From: Gammaproteobacteria bacterium
Lineage (GTDB): Bacteria; Pseudomonadota; Gammaproteobacteria; JBCCGL01
Length of the DNA stretch: 64,000 nt
Direction: 5' to 3'
Assembly (NCBI GenBank): GCA_965277715.1
Contig: OZ255836.1
Coordinates: forward strand, 1,632,001-1,696,000
In this document: positions 29,049 through 38,725 of the stretch, in pieces
Layout of the letters: every line of letters begins with the position of its first letter
Position numbering within the stretch: position 1 is the first letter of the stretch
Program-made: the position numbers and the translations under genes
Notes under the pieces: generated by a model
Databases searched by the model: none
The model's input: the letters and a program-made list of their open reading frames with translations, nothing else
Told to the model about the DNA's origin: nothing

Positions 29049-30965
29049 ATGTTCATTCTAAAAAAAGCGGTAGTCAACAAGTACAAAAGCTATACCACTG
29101 AACAGGAAGTCCAGCTTGAAAGTGATGTGACCACGCTGGTTGGTAAAAATGAAAGTGGTAAGACCGCCTTCTTAGAATCTTTGGCAAAGTTTAACTACTT
29201 CACCGACGATGAAGACTTTAAGTTTGATGAAGTTCAAGACTACCCCAGAAGTGAACTGAAAAAACACCAACGTTCTGGTGACGATCAAAAAGTCATAATC
29301 TGTACATTTCAACTAGATAAAGACACCATCGACGAAATAAATGATGATCTAGGTGAAGGGGTTTTAACTGTTGATTCTTTCACAGTTGCAACAAAGTATG
29401 AAACCGGTCGAGCATGGTATCACTTCAATTCAAATGAAAAAAAGTACCTTGAAAATCTTCAAGGGCAACTAGGATTCTGCGACGAAACCAAAGAAAAACT
29501 ACTGTCATTCAAAAACATCAAGGCTGCGGCAAGTCAAGATGCTGGAGAAGATGAAGAATTAGCTTCGGTTATCAATCATCTTAACACTGAAATTACAAGT
29601 CATGCCGGGAAGTGGGAACCAGTGATTGACGGGTATATTGTCAATGAATACTTGAATCCAAGACTTCCACGCTTTTGGTATTTTGATGAATACCATGAAT
29701 TGCCGTCACGGGTTAGCATTGATTCTATCCGAAGTAATACAACTACTGGCGAGCTAACCAAGCAGCAGTTAGATACAGCCAAAGCACTGTTTGAGCTGGC
29801 GGTTATTGATATTGACGAACTGGCGAATGCTTCAAGTTTTGAATCATTTATTGCTGAACTTGAAGCAACATCAAACGAAATCACTGATCAAATTTTCAAA
29901 TATTGGTCAACTAACGGCAATCTTGAAATCGATTTTAAGATTGACCCTATACACCGCCAAAATCAACAGCCTGAAAAAATTCTTGATATACGTGTAAAGA
30001 ATACCCGGCATAGAATCACTCTGCCATTGAAGAATCGAAGCAAGGGCTTCAATTGGTTCTTTTCGTTTATTGTATGGTTCAGCAAAATTCAGGATGAAAA
30101 AGACAAGAATTTTATTCTTTTGCTGGATGAACCCGGCTTGAATCTACATGCTTCAGCACAAGCCGATTTGCTGCGCTTCATAAACGATCTTTCCGAAGAC
30201 TATCAAATAGTTTACACAACACATTCACCCTTCATGGTTGAGTCGGATGCGCTTCACCGTGTGCGTACTGTTTATGATTCTGAAGACGGAAGCATAATTT
30301 CAGAAGCCATACAGGAAAAAGACCCGGATACATTATTCCCACTTCAAGCGGCGCTTGGTTATGACATTGCTCAAAACCTGTTTGTTTCGAAGAACAATCT
30401 ACTTGTTGAAGGACCGGCAGACCTTAACTATCTAACCTATATGTCTAACTTGCTTGAAAATGAAGGGCGTGAAGAGTTGCGGGATGATATTACAATTGTA
30501 CCTGTTGGCGGTTTGGATAAAGTGGCTTCATTTATTTCGTTACTTCGTGGGTCAAAGCTAAAAATTTCCTGCTTACTGGATAGCTTCAATAATGCCAAGG
30601 GCGCGCAACGACTGGGCGGGCTTATTCAGTCAAAAATAATCAAGGATAAGCATGTTAGATTCTTTGATGAATTTGCCGGTGACGATTACGACAAGGCAGA
30701 CATTGAAGACATGTTTGAAAAAACTGAATACCTTGAAATATTCGGTGAAGCATTCCCTGAACATAAAGGAATAACTGTTTCAGATTTGGACGATAAGAAG
30801 CCAACAATCTTACTTCAGTTGAAAGCCATTCGTAACGGCAAAGACTTCAACCATTTCAAGCCTTCCCAATTGTTATTAAGCAAGGGGCTTGGTGCTGATT
30901 ATTTTTCAAAGAAAACGCTGGATAAGTTTGAAGCCATGTTTAAGGAAGTGAATAGCTTGTACTGA
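29049..30965 (+). CDS. OLD-like ABC/AAA ATPase with C-terminal TOPRIM-like domain
   Basis: GKNESGKT, RSKG, LLLDEP, TTHSP, LLVEGPAD. Confidence 0.82.
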   Translation: MFILKKAVVNKYKSYTTEQEVQLESDVTTLVGKNESGKTAFLESLAKFNYFTDDEDFKFDEVQDYPRSELKKHQRSGDDQKVIICTFQLDKDTIDEINDDLGEGVLTVDSFTVATKYETGRAWYHFNSNEKKYLENLQGQLGFCDETKEKLLSFKNIKAAASQDAGEDEELASVINHLNTEITSHAGKWEPVIDGYIVNEYLNPRLPRFWYFDEYHELPSRVSIDSIRSNTTTGELTKQQLDTAKALFELAVIDIDELANASSFESFIAELEATSNEITDQIFKYWSTNGNLEIDFKIDPIHRQNQQPEKILDIRVKNTRHRITLPLKNRSKGFNWFFSFIVWFSKIQDEKDKNFILLLDEPGLNLHASAQADLLRFINDLSEDYQIVYTTHSPFMVESDALHRVRTVYDSEDGSIISEAIQEKDPDTLFPLQAALGYDIAQNLFVSKNNLLVEGPADLNYLTYMSNLLENEGREELRDDITIVPVGGLDKVASFISLLRGSKLKISCLLDSFNNAKGAQRLGGLIQSKIIKDKHVRFFDEFAGDDYDKADIEDMFEKTEYLEIFGEAFPEHKGITVSDLDDKKPTILLQLKAIRNGKDFNHFKPSQLLLSKGLGADYFSKKTLDKFEAMFKEVNSLY

Positions 30966-30978
30966 TAAAGTGGCGTTT

Positions 30979-31251
30979 TCACGCCACATAGCCACCAGCA
31001 CTAATTTTAGGCGGTGGAAACACTTCATTCAATTGACCCTGAATAAATGCTAGTTGATCTATATTGCCGTAAGGGTCAGTGCCAAGGCTATTAAGAACAT
31101 GCTCAACCCACGGACGAAGGATAATCCCAAATCCTTGGGCACGGTCAACATTTTCAATTTCACAGCAAGCGTCAAACAAGTCCCGCAACTGTTCACTACA
31201 TTTTGTAATCACTATGGATTTTTGACCTACAGCATTAGCCATTTTGTTCAC
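30979..31251 (-). CDS. Hypothetical protein (island)
   Basis: Last of three overlapping co-oriented small ORFs. Confidence 0.5.
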   Translation of the reverse strand: MNKMANAVGQKSIVITKCSEQLRDLFDACCEIENVDRAQGFGIILRPWVEHVLNSLGTDPYGNIDQLAFIQGQLNEVFPPPKISAGGYVA

Positions 31252-31513
31252 CCTTGCGCCATTCTGAAAATGATTTTATGGTCACATCCGCCTTACTGGG
31301 ATCGTATGCCATAGCACTTTCATGAAAGACCCGTTCATTGTCTGTTAGCGTGTCAGGCTTCATAACAGCCTGTTCAGCCAACTTAATAATTTCGTGACCG
31401 CTTGCTGATAGAATTTTTTTAATCTTATTCTTCAGTCGAGTCCGGGCGACAAACAGCTTTTCTTCAGTGCACAGTTGGTCCATTACTGATGGCTCGTTAT
31501 TCATGACTGTCAC
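31235..31513 (-). CDS. Hypothetical protein (island)
   Basis: Overlaps both neighbours, with an AAGGTG RBS-like sequence. Confidence 0.55.
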   Translation of the reverse strand: MTVMNNEPSVMDQLCTEEKLFVARTRLKNKIKKILSASGHEIIKLAEQAVMKPDTLTDNERVFHESAMAYDPSKADVTIKSFSEWRKGEQNG

Positions 31514-31709
31514 CTTCTTTCTGATCGTTAATGCCGATAATCAGCAACCGGTCAAACTGCCCAAAATCTTTGATCATAGAAGTGGTCAGGTCTGAAATAC
31601 CGTTTTCAAGGTGAACAGGTGAAAGCTGTTCAGCACCTTCAAATGTTTCGCCCAAGTAAAGGCAATATTTTTCGTGCTTTGATAGTTGTTGGTAAATTTC
31701 TTGTTTCAT
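31497..31709 (-). CDS. Hypothetical protein (island)
   Basis: GGGGA RBS before MKQEIY. Confidence 0.5.
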   Translation of the reverse strand: MKQEIYQQLSKHEKYCLYLGETFEGAEQLSPVHLENGISDLTTSMIKDFGQFDRLLIIGINDQKEGDSHE

Positions 31710-31837
31710 GTTTTCCCCCAAATGGTTTGTTGTTCTTGTTATTTATGAAGGGTCTGAAACCCGGACTGTCACGAACTCAAACTAAGAAACAGCGGGCTAT
31801 TTTTCAATTGCACCACCCCTGTTATAGCGACAACTGA

Positions 31838-32349
31838 CTAAGCTGCATTAATGTACTGGTAAGCACCTTCAACAATGCCGGGCACACGTTTAACCATCTT
31901 CGCTTCGTTACCAACCACTTGATAAAGCGTTGCTTCAAGTTCATACGGTTCAAGGTGGTGAGTTAGTCGTAAAGCCAACTTATTCAACGCCGCACGGCGC
32001 AAGCCAGAACCTACAGGGGTGCTTTGATAGTCGGCAATATAACGCTGTACCTTTTCTTCACACGCGGTCACCGTGCGATTCTGGAAGCTATGCGTGACCG
32101 CCTTGGGCTTCACCTGTTCAGGAATGTACTTGTACTCTTGGCTTTCTGGATCAATGGCACGGCTGTTGAACTGTAGCGTCTTGTTACCGAACTTTTTGAA
32201 GAAGGTATATTTCTTATGGTCCTGATACTTCGCGTTAGTACATGGGCAATAGAAGTCCTGTACAGGCGAGTATGAAGCCGGGTCAACATTCACGCCTTCT
32301 GGCAACCGTGCCACCAGCTTGGTCACAATCTGCTTATAGTGTTCGGGTG
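31838..32349 (-). pseudogene. C-terminal fragment of a gene cut by IS21, possibly a primase/replication protein (PriCT-like)
   Basis: Open frame runs up to the IS21 end; VDPAS..P and G.RRAALNKLALRL resemble AEP primase C-terminal regions. Confidence 0.5.
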
Positions 32350-32435
32350 TATTAAGTGACAATTATCTTGTCCGGTAGGTGACAATTATCCTGTCCGGTT
32401 TCATGCTGGTACTTTTATAGCTCCTTGGAGATTAA

Positions 32436-33941
32436 GTGCCCGGTTTACGAATCCATCCCCGACAAGAGAAATTGTATATGAACTATCGAAACCAAAGCCT
32501 TACACAAGAATCCGCAGCGGCTAAAGCGGGTATATCGAGTCGTAGTGGTCGTCGAATAGAGAAACAGGAACGACCTCACCAACCTCATCACTGGCGAACC
32601 CGAGCTGACCCACTGGAAGCGGTCTGGAACTCGGAGTTAGTGCCGCTGCTGGAGAAGGAGTCGGGTTTAACCCCGATCACCTTGTTTGAGTATTTGGACG
32701 ACCATTACCCCGGTGAGTATGGCCAGCGTATTATGCGTACCCTGCAAAGGCGGGTGAGTGATTGGAAAGCGCAATACGGCCCCGATAAGGCGGTTATCTT
32801 TCGCCAGATAGCACAAGCAGGCCGTCAGGGGCTGTCAGACTTTAGCCATCCTAACGCTGCCATTACCCTTGGCGGCAAACCCTTTGCACATATGTTCTAC
32901 CAATTTTGTCTGGCTTACAGTGGTTGGCGTAGCGTGACGGTTATTCAAGGCGGGGAGAGTTATGCGGCATTGAGTAGCGGTTTGCAAAATGCCCTTCATC
33001 AATTAGGCGGTAGTCCATTAGAGCACCGCACTGACAGCCTCAGTGCAGCGCGTAATAATCACACTAACCGATGGACCGATGCTTACCAGGCTTTATGTGC
33101 CCATTATGGGCTGGAACCCACGGTCAACAACCAAGGCAAAGGGCATGAAAACGGTGCGATTGAAGCCCGCCATGGTGTGTTAAAACGGCGTTTATCACAA
33201 GCCTTAAAATTACGCGGTTCCAACGATTTTGCTACCTTGGAAGCCTATACCCGGTTTGTCCAAAAAGTGGTCGATAAGCTCAACCGTCGTTTTGCCACAG
33301 GCTTGAGCGAAGAAAAAGCCGTATTGCAAGCTTTGCCCCATCACCGGTTTAGCGATTACCACTCCCTCACCGTCAAAGTCACACGCACCTCGACCATCGC
33401 CGTTAAACACGTGCTGTATAGCGTTCCTTCCCGCCTTATTGGAAAAGCCTTGCACATACACCTTTACCATGACCGTTTGGAAGGCTTTATCGGTCAGGCC
33501 AAGGTGGTGGAACAACCGCGACACTATACCAAGCCAGGCGAAACCCGTGCACGACAAATTGACTGTCGCCATGTTATTCGTGCCTTATCCGCCAAGCCTC
33601 AAGCCTTTCGTTGTCTGAATTACCGCGATCAGCTATTCCCCACGTCTACCTACCAGACGCTGTGGTCTATTGCGGATACGTATTTTGACTCTCGGGAAGC
33701 CTGCAAGTGGATGGTTCGGGTACTGTACATTCACTGTTTCTATGATAATCAACTCGATACCAAACTCTGGCAACAATGGCAGCAAACGCAAAAACTGCCC
33801 CCACGTCAGCAACTCGACAAAAAGGCGCTCCATACCACCGATCACCCACAACAACCTGGGGTACAGCAACATGATCTGAGCCAATACAATCAACTCCTCG
33901 CCGCCACCAAAACGGAGGCACACCATGTCCACAACACTTGA
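32436..33941 (+). CDS. istA: IS21 transposase
   Basis: RTRADPL, RTLQRRV, HRTDSLSAA, HENGAIE. Confidence 0.92.
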   Translation: MPGLRIHPRQEKLYMNYRNQSLTQESAAAKAGISSRSGRRIEKQERPHQPHHWRTRADPLEAVWNSELVPLLEKESGLTPITLFEYLDDHYPGEYGQRIMRTLQRRVSDWKAQYGPDKAVIFRQIAQAGRQGLSDFSHPNAAITLGGKPFAHMFYQFCLAYSGWRSVTVIQGGESYAALSSGLQNALHQLGGSPLEHRTDSLSAARNNHTNRWTDAYQALCAHYGLEPTVNNQGKGHENGAIEARHGVLKRRLSQALKLRGSNDFATLEAYTRFVQKVVDKLNRRFATGLSEEKAVLQALPHHRFSDYHSLTVKVTRTSTIAVKHVLYSVPSRLIGKALHIHLYHDRLEGFIGQAKVVEQPRHYTKPGETRARQIDCRHVIRALSAKPQAFRCLNYRDQLFPTSTYQTLWSIADTYFDSREACKWMVRVLYIHCFYDNQLDTKLWQQWQQTQKLPPRQQLDKKALHTTDHPQQPGVQQHDLSQYNQLLAATKTEAHHVHNT

Positions 33942-34695
33942 ACTACTGTTACGTGAACTCAAACTACCCCGCTTTGTTCAGTACTACCCTGATACGCTAC
34001 AACAAGCTCAGGAACACCAATGGAGCTATCTACAGTTCCTCGAAACCTTGTGTGAGAAAGAACGGGCCGATCGTTATACCCGCCGTGTGCAGAACTGGAA
34101 TCGGGAAGCAAAATTGCCTCTCGGTAAAACCCTCTCCTCATGGTGTAGTGATCCGTTGTCTGTGACCGTACAGGATAGGCTACAAGCTCTTTGGCAGGAT
34201 ACCTCCTGGGTGGAACAGGCTCATAACCTGCTGCTGTTTGGTCCCAGTGGTATAGGCAAAACCCATATCGCCTGTGCTATCGGCTACGCTATGATTGAAC
34301 AAGGGGTTCGAGCCCGCTACTTCAAAGCCATGGAACTGGTACAACAGCTTCAACAGGCTAAAAAACAGCTCGAACTGATGAACGCCATGACCCGTCTGGA
34401 CAAGTACCGCATGATCATTGTTGATGATATCGGTTACGTCAAAAAGTCCGAAGCGGAAACTTCCGTTCTCTTTGAATTTATTGCGCACCGATACGAAAGC
34501 GCCAGCCTCATCATTACTGCTAACCAGCCTCTTAGCGAATGGGATAGTATTTTTCCCGACAGTATGATGACCGTGGCTGCCGTTGACAGGCTTATTCACC
34601 ATGCCGCCATTGTCGAAATGAACGGCGACAGCTATCGGAAAAAACAACAAATTAATAGCTTGAAAACACAGGGGAAAACAACCTCCCTTTTGTGA
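33925..34695 (+). CDS. istB: IS21 helper ATPase
   Basis: GPSGIGKTH, IVDDIGY, RYE..SLIITANQ, DRLIHH. Confidence 0.94.
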   Translation: MSTTLELLLRELKLPRFVQYYPDTLQQAQEHQWSYLQFLETLCEKERADRYTRRVQNWNREAKLPLGKTLSSWCSDPLSVTVQDRLQALWQDTSWVEQAHNLLLFGPSGIGKTHIACAIGYAMIEQGVRARYFKAMELVQQLQQAKKQLELMNAMTRLDKYRMIIVDDIGYVKKSEAETSVLFEFIAHRYESASLIITANQPLSEWDSIFPDSMMTVAAVDRLIHHAAIVEMNGDSYRKKQQINSLKTQGKTTSLL

Positions 34696-34751
34696 CAACT
34701 AACCGGACAACTTAATTGACGCCTATCGGACAAAATAATTGACACTTAACA

Positions 34752-35369
34752 GTTTGCAAACAGTTGAAGCGTAAATTCATTGGTATTGAAATCGACAATG
34801 AATATTTTGCACTTGCTAAGGAACGTATCAATCAAAACACTGAAATCAGCAACCAAAGAAAAAACCACGTGGGTCACGAGCTTGGCTATCAACGCGGCTC
34901 AAAGCTGGCTGGTGACTTTGACACTATATTCACTGACAAGCCGGGGCGTGATGATGAACTACGACACTTGAAGGACGTGGTGGGAAATGGGTCACACGTA
35001 ACAGTGAATTCCTACATTGAATTTGGTGACAGCATGGAATCACTGTTTAAGAACGTGCGGCACGTTATCGCCAAGGGCGGCAGCATAGAATTTTTAGCTG
35101 AAGGTCATCGGTTCGACAATGAAGAACAGCTTGCCCTATTCGAATCATTGACACAGTTCAGCAAGCAGGCTGCACGGACCAAACTTGAACGCGGTCTTGA
35201 ACGTAGTAAGAAAAACAATGGTCGCCCCAGTCAGTTCACAAAGTCACAAATGAAGACCATGGTCAGACAGGCGCGCAAGATCAAAACCAAGGAAGACCGT
35301 GAAGCATTCTGTGAAAAGCATGGTATTAGCCGCCCATACAGCTACAAGCTGGCGAAAATGACCGGTTAA
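34752..35369 (+). CDS. DNA methyltransferase C-terminal remnant in frame with a degenerate serine-resolvase-like/HTH domain
   Basis: KRKFIGIEIDNEYF..AKERI (amino-MTase C-terminus), then GYQRGS, FTDK, GRP and GISRPYSYK. Confidence 0.6.
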   Translation, partial: VCKQLKRKFIGIEIDNEYFALAKERINQNTEISNQRKNHVGHELGYQRGSKLAGDFDTIFTDKPGRDDELRHLKDVVGNGSHVTVNSYIEFGDSMESLFKNVRHVIAKGGSIEFLAEGHRFDNEEQLALFESLTQFSKQAARTKLERGLERSKKNNGRPSQFTKSQMKTMVRQARKIKTKEDREAFCEKHGISRPYSYKLAKMTG

Positions 35370-35427
35370 ACACACCTTCAACAACACGTATAAGCCATAT
35401 ATGCCAAAAACCGTGAAAATCCGTATG

Positions 35428-35706
35428 TGAAGAATTTTGATTCTGAAAAACGGTTGAAAAACCCTGTTTTTAAATCGGGTGAAGAATAACGACCACCAGC
35501 CCCATGAAATAGCCTGTTTCACCACGGTCACACCATGTAATTAACCGTTAGACCCTGATTACCTGAAGAATGACACCGCGAAATATAGCTACATCGTCAG
35601 GACCAGCGTTTTCACCATCCCCCAGCATCAAAAAACCCGGTTTATCTGAAGAATTATAAAAATCACCGGGTCACCTTGCGTCACCATTTCCCAAAATTTG
35701 AAGAAT
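35428..35706 (+). repeat. Five TGAAGAAT octamers in an intergenic region
   Basis: Copies at 35428, 35480, 35564, 35647 and 35699. Confidence 0.7.
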
Positions 35707-35818
35707 CTTGGTATCACAACCATTTTGCTAGTTACGTGATGCTATTTGTGCCTGTTTGTAACCGACGAAAACGCCTTTGTATAAATATAAAGACAACAAA
35801 CAAAGGAGTTTCCCGAAA

Positions 35819-36043
35819 ATGAACAATTATCTTGATGCCGCCGGTATTACACATTATGAACGCGCAATCTTAACAGCCCTTGCAACTGCCACAACGGGCG
35901 CTGAATTAGTAACCGCATTACAGACTTTTGACGTGACCCTTCAGGCGGATCGACTGCGCCAGTCATTAACGAATGTGCAAAAAAGCTGCGCGCTCAATAC
36001 TGCACGTGCAACTATCGTTAATGACGCATTGGCGGCACTGTAA
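35819..36043 (+). CDS. Hypothetical protein (island)
   Basis: AAGGAG RBS before MNNYLD; first gene of a tightly coupled operon. Confidence 0.6.
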   Translation: MNNYLDAAGITHYERAILTALATATTGAELVTALQTFDVTLQADRLRQSLTNVQKSCALNTARATIVNDALAAL

Positions 36044-36252
36044 TGGATGACCTACAAGTCTACCGGGATGCGTTAGCCAAGAATGGCGGCAATGCTAAGG
36101 AATCGGCGGCAAAGTACATCGCAGAAAGTGAATGGGATGATGTGGACATTCCAAAGTTCTGCATGGCGCTGAAAAACCGTCTTTTGTATGAACGTCTTTC
36201 CGAACATGAAAAACGATTGACCCGTGAAGTAATCCGTCAACTAGGGGGCTAA
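36043..36252 (+). CDS. Hypothetical protein (island)
   Basis: TAATG coupling to the upstream ORF. Confidence 0.6.
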   Translation: MDDLQVYRDALAKNGGNAKESAAKYIAESEWDDVDIPKFCMALKNRLLYERLSEHEKRLTREVIRQLGG

Positions 36253-36256
36253 TTCT

Positions 36257-36661
36257 ATGATTAGTGAGTTAACAGCACTTGATAAAGGGGACCCAGCAGT
36301 AAAGGAAAAGGTGATTGCTGAAATCAACCGCCTATATCGACGCCGGGATTTCCTACTTGTTCGCTATACATGGCAGGAAATGAAAGACGTGGCTTCCTAT
36401 CTACGGGACAACCACGGGTTCCTTCAGGGGGCAACGCCTGAATACGTTGACGCTATTTTGAAGCCATACAACGAAATTGAGTACGCGCACATTTTCGCCA
36501 TCGTTAAGGCATTGGGTACAGGTGAAGACCTAAAGCCCTTGCGTGATGCTGTACGGGCAGACTCGCAACGTATGCGCCGCATGGTGAAGAAACTGACCCG
36601 TGAAGACAAAAATACCGGCGGATTCATGAAGAAAATTAAGAATAAAATAGGAGTGAAATAA
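36257..36661 (+). CDS. Hypothetical protein (island)
   Basis: 134-aa ORF in the same operon. Confidence 0.65.
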   Translation: MISELTALDKGDPAVKEKVIAEINRLYRRRDFLLVRYTWQEMKDVASYLRDNHGFLQGATPEYVDAILKPYNEIEYAHIFAIVKALGTGEDLKPLRDAVRADSQRMRRMVKKLTREDKNTGGFMKKIKNKIGVK

Positions 36662-36662
36662 A

Positions 36663-38646
36663 ATGTTGAAATGTTGGTCTGAACTTAAAGCAGGCAGTGA
36701 AAAGCTATTCAATGCATCAGTGTTTCAAAATTCCTGGCTGTCGAGGTTTTAAATGCCTCACTAAGCTATGCATAATAGTTCTAAGGGACTTTCTTGTCAT
36801 TATTGCATTTTGCAGAGAGCGGATGGTGAATGAGCATATACGGGTAATTCTAGCGTAAAAAAAACAATGGATTAACAAAGCCGCCTTTTTTCTGGGCAAT
36901 TTGTTGTCTCTTATCAAGCATTTTAGTGTATTTTTTATCAGATGGATGAATACATTCCAGGTTCTTTGTTTTTGATATTTCTTCAAAAATACGCATGATA
37001 TTATAGGCCATGGCAGTAAAACGCATTTGACTGTTCAGCGCATTCAGGTTTGAAGACCAGGCTTTTCTTTCGGTGAAATCACTTTTGCTATTGTTGAATG
37101 ATTTTTCTATCGTCCAACGCTTGTAATAGAGCATAGCAATAGTGCCTGGGTTAATTGACTCTGGTAGCGTTGAAATAAATTGATGTAATTGACCTGTTTC
37201 TGGGTCGCGGTATTTAACAATATGAAATTGGACCTTTTTATTTTTATATACACTATAGCCTTCAACCCCTGTATTAATTTCACTACCCTGGTCATAGGGT
37301 ATAGAGTTGACAAAAGTTGCAACTGCATTTTCTTTGAGTACTGAAATCATAAAATTCTGATGCTGTTTTTGCTTTTCCCACCATGCATAATCAGTCACTG
37401 CCTTATCGTATATATAGAGATGCTTTTGCCAAGTCTCTTTTTCGCCACAACGTTGTTCAATATAAGAACGTAACGCGGGTATTTCCTGGTGCCGTTCAGT
37501 ACCGTTAGTCACGACACAAAGTGGTCTTAGAAGTCCATTTCTGAGGTTCAAGGCATGAATAAAGCCTGCTGCGAAGACGTTGCCCTGACGATTTTTCTCT
37601 GTGTGACAAGCATGCTGTATAAAATGACCATCAGCTGCTTCTACTCGATATTCTTCAAGTTCAGGAAATTGTTTTAAATAATCAATGTCCAAAGAAGATA
37701 ATTTCTCACTTTGCAGTTGATAGCTTTGCTTTTCCATGGCTTGCATCATCTTCATCCGTCTTGTCGACTTCAATGCGTTAAAATAGCTTGAATGACAAAT
37801 TGTCTCGTCGTATATTTCATCCGTAACCTGTAGATAGTGACGACCACTATGTACAAGACTTATACAGCGAAGTAACCCATGGCGAGAAAAAGCTACGTCA
37901 TCAATGGCATCGCATGATCTTTTCCATAAAGGGAAGCGTTCAGCAGCAATTGCTTTTTCCATACTTATTTTACAGTGTTCGGTGATATATTCTTCAACGG
38001 TCATCATTTCGTTCATATTAAATTTGCCCATTTAATCAGATATTAAATGGGTATTTTAAAAAAAATTCTGCTGGTGAATGCAAGTGTTTTTTTGGATAAT
38101 TTTATTTATTTTATGAATTATAAAGCGTGTTATCGGTTTATAAAAAAACAGTACAAATATTATAAAAAATACTATTTGTAGCTTATGGTGGCTCTTGTCA
38201 GGTGTTATTCATTGCGTTATTAGCTTCCTGGTAGGATTCTAGTGGTACACCCATGATTCAATGAATGTTTAGCCGCCGCAAATAAAGAACCGGGGTCTGA
38301 AGGCTAGCTTGTTCTACGGACTTGGAACGAACTGGCTAACACGTCTAAGTCCATTCGAAACAATATGTTTCAGATTGATAGCCAGAAAATCGCGGCACAG
38401 CTAACAAGTATGGAATGGTCATATGTTGAAGGCATGGTAAACACTACACGCACTAGCCATATTGAAGCACGTAAGGCACAGCATAAGACTATGGCGCAAC
38501 GTAGTGAACGATTTTTGAAATGGTTCTTGGACAATAATGCCGCGCTGGTTGAACTGGCAGAAATGGAAACAAAGATCAAAGGTCGTCGTATGCCTAGTGA
38601 ATCATCAACTGAATGGGCGAACCTTAGCCAACAACTGTTCAACTAA
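36663..38646 (+). pseudogene. Hypothetical gene interrupted by IS4 and a TAG stop
   Basis: Removing the IS gives MLKCWSELKAGSEKLFNECLAAANKEPGSEG*LVLRTWNEL...MFQIDSQK, in frame with 38365-38646. Confidence 0.75.
36715..38255 (-). mobile_element. IS4-family insertion sequence with 8-bp target duplication; transposase 36850-38031 frameshifted near the C-terminus
   Basis: ATTCAATG at 36707-36714 and 38256-38263; CAT...ATG ends; ADGH, YDKA and YYKRWTIEKSF (YREK) motifs; frame break at the A8 run 36857-36864. Confidence 0.85.
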
Positions 38647-38725
38647 GAATTCACGTACACTGAATTCAAGTTAATAAATTTTTGGTTGTTATATCCAGTG
38701 TGCGCGAATGGCGGGGTGGCGATTG

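Larger units (their letters stand above)
32350..34751 (+). mobile_element. IS21-family insertion sequence
   Basis: Ends TATTAAGTGACAATTATCTTGTCCG / CGGACAAAATAATTGACACTTAACA with internal repeats; istA and istB. Confidence 0.93.

Noticed and set aside
36850-36870. Programmed frameshift in the IS4 transposase
   Set aside because: A homopolymer slip or sequencing error is simpler; IS4 elements are not known to need frameshifting here.
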